From NCBI RefSeq assembly GCF_036365525.1, contig NC_090380.1, positions 17,856,001-17,920,000 of the forward strand: a stretch of DNA of 64,000 nucleotides. The letters run 5' to 3'. This document shows, piece by piece, positions 21,401 to 33,400 of this stretch. Each line of letters opens with the position of its first letter. Position 1 is the stretch's first letter. This DNA is from Heterodontus francisci. Its lineage: Eukaryota. Under the pieces are notes generated by a model. That model was not told the DNA's origin. It ran no database searches and saw only the letters and a program-made list of their open reading frames with translations. Both the position numbers and the translations under genes were made by a program.

Positions 21401-24400
21401 AATGTGCAAGCAGGATATTTGTAACTCAGAAGGAACAAGAGAGCTAAGTTTGGAGGAGCAGTGAATCCCGAGGACTTGGTGACAACACAGGTTCTTTGCT
21501 TACCCATAGCTGTGTACTGGTGGATGCTCATAGAATGATTACAGCACAGAAAGAGGCCATTCAGCCTATCATGTCCATGCCAGCTCTCTGCAAGCGCAAC
21601 TCACCTAGTCTCACTCACCCATGTTTTCCCCCTTAGCCCTGCAAACTTTTTCTCTTTTAAAGGCCACGATTGAATTTGCCTCCACCACACTCTCAGGCAG
21701 CGCATGTTCTAGAGTCTGGCTTATTTGAAATTTTGCAGTAACCTCTGAGTTCTATCTCGGGTCCTACTAGGCTGCCTGGCTCGACCAAAGGTCAGGGAGG
21801 AAAACCACAGCCTCGTGATGCAGTGTAATGTGACAGTCAGATCTTCCATTAAATCCTGACTCTTTAAAAATTTCAATCTGCAAAAGAAATAAAGGTCTTG
21901 TGTTTGTAAAATGCCTGATCATGTCTCCAGCTCACAACTTAGTACTTACATTGCACTAAAGGCCAGTGCCCAGTTTATAATTATTTTGGTTCTGTTACAG
22001 CTTGTATTTTTACAGTACCTTATTGCATCCTCAAGCCATCCCAATGTGCTTCAACCACAATAAGGTGATTTTGAAGTTGTTAGTCAATTTGTGCATGTCA
22101 AAATCCCACAAGTAGAAAATAAATACCGGGTAATCTGTTTTCGTGGTGTTGGTTGAAGAAGGAATGTTAGCCAGGCCACCTGGAGAACTCCCTTCTCCTC
22201 CTTTGAATAGTCCCATAGAATCTTTAATGTCCGGTGGAATCGGCAGGGAGGGTATCAGTTTAGCATCATCTGCCAAAGGTAGCATCCCTTACCATATAGC
22301 ACTATATCAGTATCGTACTGCAGTATCAGCAAAGCTTAACATAACTTGAAGCGGTGCTTGAAACCTGACCACCTGGCTCCGAGACAAGAGTGCTACCAAC
22401 TGAGCCACTTCTGAAAGTCTGCATTGTTTTTGCATTTTGTGCTTTGGAAGTGTGTGTGCCCTCAATTCATGCTGAAGTGTCTGTTTTGGCTTTAATTGGT
22501 TTTGATATTACACTTGAGCAGCACTTGAGGGAGCTTGCAGATTACCGATAAACTGCAGATCTCTGTTTAAAAAGCAGTTCAATTTTGGAGGACATAGCAA
22601 AAAGCAATGTGCATGGAACTATGTCTTTGTGTTCCTCGCTGAAACCTTGAGTATTTCCAGCAGTTTCTGTTTTTATTTATTATAGCAAAGTATCACAGAC
22701 CTGTTTCCAGTTTGTTTCTTGTCTTTGCTTGTTAAAGCTACCACTCTGGAAAGCTACTGTCATGTGCCTGAGCTAATTGCTTCCCTGAAAATTATCTGTA
22801 ACTGGAAGTCATCAATTAATTTACATGCTTGGAAGGGAATGGTACTTGTCAAATTGTCTGAATTCTTCCATCAATGTAATTCCTGATGACAACCCATCTT
22901 GTTGTGAAGTGTTTTGTTCTGTTACTTCCTATTGAAAAATAACATCATACCACAAACTATGTGAAAACTCTAAAGGATAAATTTTGTCAGGTGGATCGGT
23001 ATGTGTAAAATTCTCCAGGAAACTCTCCAATGATCTTGCGTCAAACATGAACCTGGTAGGAGACCAGGCCATGTATGACTGCAAGCTTTATGTTTTGTGG
23101 TAGAGAGTATGCTTCTTACAGGCTGGAAGTGGGGGAAATAGAAGAATTCTTTTCACAGAGAGAATAATTAGAATGTGGGATGCTTTACCACAAGAGGCAA
23201 GAAACCAAACTGCGTAATAAAAGGAAATTGGGTAAGTATTTGAAATGTAAAAATATGAAAGGAGGGGCAGGGAAATGAAATTAGACTTGACAACTACAAT
23301 TGAACGAGTGCTAGTACAGGCACGATGGACTGAATAACCACGCCATGCTGCAACTCTAATTCTAGTACAGTGGAATCAGTTTCAAACTCTCGCTTTCTGA
23401 ATTGTGCCAAATGCTGTTTCGTGTTTCTTCACATGAACTTGGATAGTTCGCCCAGCTGCCAGACTATTTACACCCAGTGTACTTCTGGTGCAAAGAGTTT
23501 TGCCCTGTGCTACATGTGGCTCCAAAAGTTGTTGAATCCATGCATTTATTTTGGCATTCGGAGGCTTGATTCATTCCGAAATGTAATGTCTTTATTTCCG
23601 AATGATTCAGATTATATATGTGCACTGGCATAATCCAGGCCCACCTCAGTAGTAGGTCTCATGCTCTGTATACATGTAATATTCCCCTATCTTTGCCAAT
23701 TCCTCAATCACCTCTTTTAAGTTATACCACTAGCTCTAGTATCTTGCCCCAAACATTATTCTTCATATATCAGTCTAAGTGCTGCAAGTCAACAGGCTAT
23801 TTGGCAATGGAGGAGGTATTACTGCGAAGAATGAACCTGTTCTCATTTAATATTTATGTGCACAGCTTCTAGCCAGAGTCACTATCATGATCGGGAGAGG
23901 GAAGCCCTTCCTGATTTCCTTCCCGCTTCCAACCTGGTGACTTTGAAATCAATTGTAGTGCTAGCTTGCGGATCAATTAACCCCCTGTAGGTCAGGAATT
24001 GGACCATTGACTGTTATGATCTTTACTGGTCATTGTTAATGAATAGCCCCACCAAACCATCAAGGATGTCCTCCCATGATGTCAAATTATTTAAAGAAGT
24101 ACTGTTCATATGAGTGGCACTTTCAAGCTTTAACTGACCTCCCTCAAATATTCATTATTAGATAATAAAGTAATAATTGTTGTGTATGTTGCATTGTTGT
24201 ACAAATTGAGCCTTTACTGTAATTGGAAAATGGGATCCCTTTGTCTTTGGTTCTTAGTCTGATCCACGTGGCCCTTTCAAGAGGTACTGTATGTGCCTTT
24301 TCAGAAAGGCGAGCAGAAAAAGACTTGTTTAAGAAAGGGCTACTGACATTTTTTAAAACCACAGTTCTGCGCTGTGGCTTGTTGCAATCTGTGCCCTGGT

Positions 24401-27400
24401 CCACTGTGCACTCGACTAGTTTCCTCTACAGTGTATGATTTGGTTTTGAACCCATTATACAAAGCTGCTTTTAGTCTCTCAGGCTGATTTACGATGCCCA
24501 TGAGCTGCTATGTAAGTAGTTATACTTTAGTAGGCGTAAACTGCGAGAGTGGGATTGGAGTAATCCATCTACCCTGTAAGCCTATGTAGAATGTCCAGTT
24601 TGAGTTTGGGGAGACACCCAACTAAAGAAGTGTTGCAGAGAAGAATGCAAAGTAGGCACCCCACCACCACCACCAACCCCCCCCCCCGCCCCTCCCCACC
24701 CCCCCCCCCCAACCCCACCAAACTAAGAGTCAAATCAACAGGCAGTGCTGGAGGGAGAAAATTGCATTTTTCTTCTAAAAGGTGAATTGGCTAGGTTGAA
24801 TGGGTTCTATCATTTGTACCTAACTTTGTGAAAAGGCCAGTGTGGTTTGCGAGGGACAAGTTTCCAGCAGCTGGCAGTCAAAAGGTACAAGTCAGTAAAT
24901 TTAAAGGTGTATCTCAGAATCTTCCTTAATTCTGATCCTGAGACATCGCAACCTGTCCTTTACATTTACAGAAGCTGATTGATCTGTTGTGCATTTCCAG
25001 CACTATTTTATTCCATAGCTACTGTTAAATAGGTGAGATATGAAAATCTTGATTTTCAATAGTCCTCTTGATAAAAAGACTTGCATTTAGATAGCACCTG
25101 CGATAACCTCACGATACCCCAAAGCAATTCACAACCAATTAAGTACCTTTTGAATTGTAATCAAAAGTGGCTGCCAGTTTGCACGCACCAAGGTCCCACA
25201 AAAAGCAATGCAATAATGACCAGATAGTCTGTTTTTAGATGTAGGTTGAGGGATAAATATCGGCCAGGACACCGAGGAGACCTCCCCTGCTTTTCTTCAA
25301 AATAGTGCCATGGGATCTTTAACATCCATGCGAGAGAGCACACAGGGCCTCGGTTTAACATCGTAACCAAAAGACACTGCTTCTGACAATACAACACTGC
25401 TTCTGACAATACAACACTCCTCCTTTACTGTACTGGAAATGTCACTCTGGACTTGGTGCTCAAGTCTCTGGAATGGGACTTGAACCAACAACCATTAGAC
25501 TCAGATGAAGGTGACCAACTGATCCACAGGTACAACATCTGCATGGATTGCATTCATTTCAGATCAGCATGACCTTGACTGATGATCTCCCAGGATTTCA
25601 GCTGAAGGTTTCTTAGTTCAGGTGTCTGTCTGTATCGAGTTGATGTAGATAGTGGGCATTTCAACTGGGGAAATAGACGTGGTGTGTTATGCTAGTCTGG
25701 TGCAGTTCCAGCTTCGTGATTAGGACATCTCAGAAATAAAATGGAATAGCTTCTTAAATTTTGGCACTAGCTGTACTTGAATGTTTAGTTCATATCAACT
25801 GCGATGTGATTGTGGAGCTGCAGTGAAACAAGTTGAAAGGCTGAAATTCTAGATGTATTTAAATGGATTGTTGAAGGGCAAGCATTGTTTTATTTTTATC
25901 ATTCAGGAACTTTCCAACTTTGGAAAATGTAGCAAGAAAGAGGAAAATGGGTCAAGAGAAAGAAGAACGAGGAGAGGTGCTGCATACACAACAATTTGGG
26001 TAAGTGTCCATTCTGTGCTTTTTCTCCTTCCTCAGTGTCTCTCTGTGCATGGAAAATCCTTGGGGTTCGCACAAATAGCTGTTAATGTTTGAGCCTTGGT
26101 GGTGAGTGTGACCAGGCTGTTGGACCAAGGCAGCCATCACAATGTGCCTGAATTGTCTGATTTGATGCCAATGCACTAACTTTGGAGTGATCAGGAGCAT
26201 GACCCTTGGCTGTTGGGTTTTTACCCCACTCCATAACTTTAAGACTTAATTACGGAACCTCAGTTGCTATATTCTATGCAATTTTTCCAAAGTACAAGTA
26301 GAATTACATTAGAATTTTGTAGTTACATTTCTAGTGCACATAATGTCAAGACCCATCTAGTGTTCCATTGTACTTGAGTTTATAGATGCTAGTGGCTGTT
26401 GTATTATATCCTATGTAGTACTGCAGTGAAACAGCTCATGTTTGTCCATTGCTGCAACCCCACTGTTCTGGTTAAAATCAGTTACTGAGGCCCATCGGAT
26501 AACTTCATTCGATAATCCAATTAAAAAGTGCCAGTCACAGTATTACACAGACGAACTTATTTTAAGTAAATCAGTGTATATTTTAGTATCAATTTTAATT
26601 CATTCTCGGGATGTGGTTGTCGCTGGCAAGGCTGGCGTTTTGTTGTCCATCCCTAGTTGCCCTTGGGATGGTGGTGATGAGCCACTGCCTTGAACCGTTG
26701 CAGTCTATATGGTGAAGAGGCTCCCACAGTGATGTTAGGGAGAGAATTCCAGGATTTTGGCCAGTGATGATTAAGGAATGGCAATATATGTCCAGTGATG
26801 GCATGTAACGTGAAGGTGCTGTTTGTATTAGTAATATTGTATTTGGCAGATAGGAGATCATTCCAAGAGGGTTGGGGGAGGACTTTATTTTTTCTAAATG
26901 CATGCTGTGCAGCTAGGGTGGAGTTCTCTTGCAGGTATTTCTTGGTATCTATATGCTAAAAAAGCATTTTTACAAGTGATGTGTAAGTACAGTTTTTTAT
27001 TTCTTGAGTGAGCCTTTTGATTGCAATAAAATGTCATGAGAAGTTCCATTTTTTTCCCTTTCATCCCCACATATAAAACCACAGTGATTTAAATGTGTTG
27101 GCATTATTTGGCAAGCTAGCCCTATCCTATATTCCCAGCTGTAGACTCGTGTGGTTTTTTTGATGTTGAATTATGGATTACAGGGCAGTGATAGGTCATT
27201 CTTAGTAACCCTTTCTTTCCAGTAAAATGAAGGGAAAATGGAAGAGCCCTCATATCAGAGGAAATTCCTGCAGAAAGTTTAAAAAAGAATATGGAGGTCA
27301 CTTCGATGGAACGTTGAATGGTGCACAAGAAGAACAAAATGCAAGCACGCAGCCTGGTCCCACACAGCCCAATGGGGCATGCAGTAAACTACCAGAAAAC

Positions 27401-30400
27401 AAGGAGCAAAACCAAGCTTGTGGAAAAGATATAGACCCTCTCAGCATACTGGCACAAAGTGATGCAGGTATGAGTTTGAAACTTCTGAATGTCTTTATCT
27501 ACTATTATTGTAAGACACTTTCAGGATGAAACACAAGAAAAAAAAATAATTGTATTTATATAGTGCCTAACACAACCCTCACGACATTCCGAAATGGTTA
27601 ACATTTTTGAATTGTGCTTGCTATAAGGGACACTCCAGCTAATTTAAGCACAGCAAACTCACACAAATGACAGAGATAAATAACATTGGTTGAGGGATAA
27701 ATATTGGCCAGGACACTGGGAGAATGCCCATGCTGCTCTTCAAATGGTATCATTTGAAGATCTTCGGATATGTGCTCTTTTTCTGACCTGCCTAATTTTA
27801 GCAGCTGCATCTTGTCCAATTAGAATACGTTAATTTCAAAGCTAGTAATTAAATTATCCATATGTAACATGCTTTGTGCATCAGTCACCTCACTGTCCGT
27901 GTTTGCCTCAGTGCCTCAACAAAGTCATCAGCTACAAGGCACCCAGCTGGTTCTCACTCGATTTTTTTTTTTATTTCAATACTGTCATTCAGTTGGACTT
28001 GGGTTCAAATCACAGCCTCGACTGACATTCAGCCATTGCTCACCCCTCTGGCTGGCTGTCAGGATGCTGGACTAAACTTCTTTCTACTGTGGGAAAGAGA
28101 GAAAAGCCAGCAAGGAACTTCTCTTCTGCTCTGTGCAGTGACATTAATGGAACTATGGAGAAGTGCATGGCCTGGTCTGTCCTCAGTTGCTATCAGAATA
28201 CAGATTTAATGGAGAGCAAATATGTGAATTTTGCCAGGAGGCGAAAGGTGGTTTTTAAAAAAAGAGCTCTGCACAATGTAGGTCCGTAAGGATAGGGGTG
28301 ATGGATGAGGTATGGGATAGGGTACGGCAGCAGAATATTGGAAGAGCTGAAGTTTACAGACTGTGAAGGATGGTAAGCTGCTCAGGAGAGGATTGCAATA
28401 GTTTGGAGGTTGAAGGTGACAACAGCATTGTTCATCTGCCAGCCAACAGCAGCACGACAGATTGTCTGGGTATTCATCTCACTTGCTGTTTGTGGGACCT
28501 CACTGTTTGCAAATTGGCTGTTGTGTTTGCTGCCATAATGACATTAATCCTTTTGTTTCAAAAGTGAAGCAGTTTGGGATATCCTGAGGGCATGAATTTA
28601 AAGTGGTTCTCTAGTGTAACGGCATATAACGCTGCCCAACACCATATTTGGTGTTTTATATTAACCGAGAGTTTGTACAGGAATGAGATTTTACATTTAA
28701 AATAAAAATACTCCGCTGTCAGCCCTGACAAAGGAACCAGTGGCAAGATGTGATCTGAATGGAATGTCAGCTGGTGGCTGAGGAGTCCAGGATGTTTGCC
28801 AGTGTTTCTGCATTTTCATCAGGCCTCCTACAGAGAAGCCTTGGCATCCCAACTGTGAATGAGTTTGCAGTTTAGCCTTTTTTGTTTTTTTTTTCTGCAG
28901 GGAATTGTCATTCCTTTTGTACTTCTAGCTGAGAATTCCTTCCCGTTGAACACTTTATACGTGACGGGAATTTTAAAAAAAATATAAATGTTAGAAATAT
29001 GTCATCAGATCACTCAAGCACCTGTGGGGATTAGTGATTCAGGTGGTGTAACCTTTATCAGAACTCTAATGATGAGTACAACACCTGAAACATGAACCTG
29101 TATTTTCTGTTCGCAGATGCTGACTGACATGCAACATAGAACATTGCAGCACAGTACAGGCCCTTCGGCCCTCGATGTTGCGCCGACCTGTGAAACCATC
29201 TGACCTACACTATTCCATTTTCATCCATATGTCTATCCAATGACCACTTAAATGCCCTTAAAGTTGGCGAGTCTACTACTGTTGCAGGCAGGGCGTTCCA
29301 CGCCCCTACTACTCTCTGTGTAAAGAAACTACCTCTGACATCTGTCCTATATCTATCACCCCTCAACTTAAAGCTATGTCCCCTCGTGTTTGCCATCACC
29401 ATCCGAGGAAAAAGGCTCTCACTATCCACCCTGTCCAACCCTCTGATTATCTTATATGTCTCTATTAAGTCACCTCTTCTCCTCCTTCTCTCTAACGAAA
29501 ACAACCTCAAGTCCCTCAGCCTTTCCTCGTAAGACCTTCCCTCCATACCAGGCAACATCCTAGTAAATCTCCTCTGCACCTTTTCCAAAGCTTCCACATC
29601 CTTCCTATAATGCGGTGACCAGAACTGCACGCAATACTCCAGGTGCGGCTGCACCAGAGTTCTGTACAGCTGCAGCATGACCTCGTGGCTCCGAAACTCG
29701 ATCCCCCTACTAATAAAAGCTAACACACCATATGCCGCCTTAACAGCCCTATTAACCTGGGTGGCAACTTTCAGGGATTTATGTACCTGGACGCCAAGAT
29801 CTCTCTGCTCATCTACACTACCAAGAATCTTCCCATTAGCCCAGTATTCTGCAATCCTGTTACTCCTTCCGAAGTGAATCACCTCACACTTTTCCGCATT
29901 AAACTCCATTTGCCATCTCTCAGCCCAGCTCTGCAGCCTATCTATGTCCCACTGTAACCTACAACATCCTTCGGCACTATCCACAACTCCACCGACCTTC
30001 GTGTCATCCGCAAATTTACTAACCCACCCTTCTACGCCCTCATCCAGGTCATTTATAAAAATGACAAACAGCAGTGGCCCCAAAACAGATCCTTGTGGTA
30101 CACCACTAGAAACTATACTCCAGGATGAACATTTACCATCAACCACCACCCTCTGTCTTCTTTCAGCTAGCCAATTTCTGATCCAAAGCACTAAATCACC
30201 TTCAATCCCATACTTCTGTATTTTCTGCAATAGCCTACCGTGGGGAACTTTATCAAACGCCTTACTGAAATCCATATAGACCACATCCACGGCTTTACCC
30301 TCATCCAGGGTATTTCCAGTGTCTGCAATTTGTTTTTTTGTGTTGCTGCTGAGGGGGTTGAGTCTCATGTGGCATAGGCCAGTTGTTCCTGTGCTGTGAT

Positions 30401-33400
30401 TTCTATGCAATTCTACATGGAACCTAGTTTTTCCTCTTTTTAAGCTAATTCATTGTCATTTTTTTCACTGACTGATGTCTGTTGGGTCAGATGGCATTCC
30501 TGCAAACCATTATTTTTCACTAAATTGCTCAAACCTTCTGATTAATTATTAATTATTAATAGGTTTTATGTTGAAAACAATGGCTCGTGTGCAATTATGC
30601 AGTCCTGGAAAATTCATTCTCTCGCCATCTTCTCTTAAAGATGTTGACTTGTTTGGGCCCTAGTTCCCCTGGTGCCAGGAGCCTTTTGTTACCTTGCTCG
30701 AATGCCCATTCCAAACTTGTACCCCTAGACAGTGAGTGGAGGGTGGGGGAGGCAGGATTGTAGATGGGTTGGGTCCTGTCGCCTCCCATTGTGTTTGCAC
30801 TTTAGTGCAGATGGGACTAGATAAAGACAACCCTGACCATTCTTTGGGAGTCCCAGGGATGCTGAGGTCAGTTGTGGAACCTCCACTGGGATACTGCCCA
30901 AGATGATTGAACTCACAATGGACCAGCATTCAAAGATGGAATTTGCTGGCCATTCACCAAGTCAGCAGTATTGTTGGAGCTTAAAATATGATGTGATTCA
31001 GCTCTCTGGCTGGAGGAACCATGACAGTCCAGGCAATCTGTCCGGTCCCAGTGGCCAAAACCCAACACCGTTTTCAAATCATCTCTGCTAAGCATTTATT
31101 GTAGGGAGTGTGTGTGGAAAAGGGAACGTATCAAACCACCAAGGAAGGGTCTTAGAGTTGAATCATGTTGTGAGGAATTATTTTTGAAAGAGTTCTTTGC
31201 CAGATTGACTGACTGGAATAATTATGTACAGTCCAATGGCTGCCAGCTTGCACAATCCCCTGTTGGGGGAACTGTCTATCTAGTATTGGATTTTAACTGA
31301 AATGTGAAAGTGATGAAAGGTTGTGTTTGGCTTGCAGAGTCTGACAAGGACGAGGGCCGAGCTGATGCTGAACATGCAGAAATCATCGTTGCACCAAAGC
31401 AGATAACATCAGGGCTGAGCTCACTGATGACCAATTACAGCAGCTCATCAGACAGTGAGAACGACCAGGGGCCAGAGGGTAAATATTTTCCTTTTGAGGA
31501 AAATTCCAGCTATTAATTTTTTAAGATCTATCATCACATTAAATTAATTGTAAGATTTAAGTGTAGATGGAACAATGTAGGTTTCATTTTTTTTTTAACA
31601 ACCTAACTCCATAATCATAGTGCCAGACTAGATTAACACAGTGTTCTTTCACCTCTATGACCTGGCTCTGGATCTAGCCCTGGCTGATGAAAACCTGGTG
31701 GTTATATATGGAAGTTATTATTCTTGCTCTTGCCTAGAACTATTACTTTAGTTCTTTGCTTTTGATAAACCGCAAGCTTCATATGGGCAGCTCTTGGCTG
31801 AGGACATTTCCCTCTAAACATGGGATTCAAGTTCTGGCTTTTGTGAGGTATTAAATGGTGTCAAATTGTTACAATGAAGCTATATCTGCTTCTGTAGAAT
31901 TGCCTGCAGCTGCCTCATGTTATTTGATTCTTGTCTGAAACTAAGCTCCTTGCTGGATAGTCGTTGAGGTTCCACAGTACATATGTCGTCATGATCAGTT
32001 TAAATACAGAAAAGACCTCACTGAAGGTTGATTGAGGCCTGGTGGATAGAGAAATATGGTACATTGGTGCCAAAGTTGGTTTAACTAAAGACTGCATTGG
32101 ATACTTGAATCCTTCTGGGTTTGAGTACAGCAATTGTCAAGCTGTGGCCTTTGTGTTACGACCTCAGTTGAAACTGTTAACTTTAAAACCAGGGATGTGA
32201 ACTCCCCAGACCAATCTAAAGAAGTACACAACACAATTTCATGTTTTCAAACTTTTACTATAGCTATTAAACAGTACTTTGTAAGTAGCAAATATACTAA
32301 ATTACAGAGAAAGGTTTTTCCCCTTAACTTATTGAAGCACTTGAAAACCCTACACCACATTTATACGTTACACAGTGACCTCATCGAAGTGATATCCTTG
32401 CAGTTAAAAGTCCCAGACGCCTCCCCTGTTGCAATGGGTTGAATCTCCCAGTGTCCTTAACAAAGCCAATGTCATAGTCATAGAGAGATACTGCACTGAA
32501 ACAGGCCCTTCGGCCCACCGAGTCTGTGCCGACCAACAACCACCTATTTATACTAATCCTACATTAATCCCATATTCCCTTTCACATCCTCGCCATTCTC
32601 CTACCACCTTCCTACACTAGGGGCAATTTACAATGGCCAATTTACTTATCAACCTGCAAGTCTTTGGCTGTGGGAGGAAGCTGGAGCACCCGACAGAAAC
32701 CCACGTTTCCCACGTGTCCTCTTTGCTCATTTCCTCCGAGCACTTTCGACCTGGACTTCTGTGAATAAGGCAATCTCTGGTGACTCCATTGGTCTTTTTT
32801 CCTCCGCAAATCTCGAGCCTTTGAGCTGGTTTCAAATCTTAGCAGCTTTTCGCTGTATCGGTGTTCGGAGCGCAGTTGTTTTCTCTGTCTTTTCTGAGGC
32901 TGCCACTGCTGGTCCTCGTCTCTTCCTTTCTTCCTTACAGCCTGTCCGAATTAGGAAATCCTGTTGGGTTTATCCAGAATCAAAAGTCAATAGTCATTTG
33001 CCTTTTACAGTATGCAGAGTCCACAAGTCTGGCCACAGCGAAACCACCTGGGCCTTTCTTTGTTTCCAGGTGTTAGCAATTGCAACTTGAATTTTCACGT
33101 GAGAGTCTCTGATTCCCTGTTTACAAGCTGAGTGTCTGGGAGAGCGAACCCCTTGTCCGTCAGGTGTTTCAACCTTGTATAATAAAACAGAAAATGCCGG
33201 AAATACTCAGTGGGTCTGGCAGCATTTGTGGAGAGAGAAACAGAGTTAACGTTTCTAGCTGGTGAGTCAAGAACCAGGGACATAGTCTTTGAGTAAGGGG
33301 TCGGTAGGCAATTTAAGACTGAGATGAGGAGGAATTTCTTCACTCAGAGGGTGGTGAATCTTTGGAATTCTCTACCACAGAGGACTGCGGAAGCTCAATC

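Noticed and set aside
29205-30410. 401-aa ORF as a host gene or domesticated RT
   Set aside because: It is a 5'-truncated CR1 ORF2. The N-terminal ~34 aa are fortuitous read-through from the flank.
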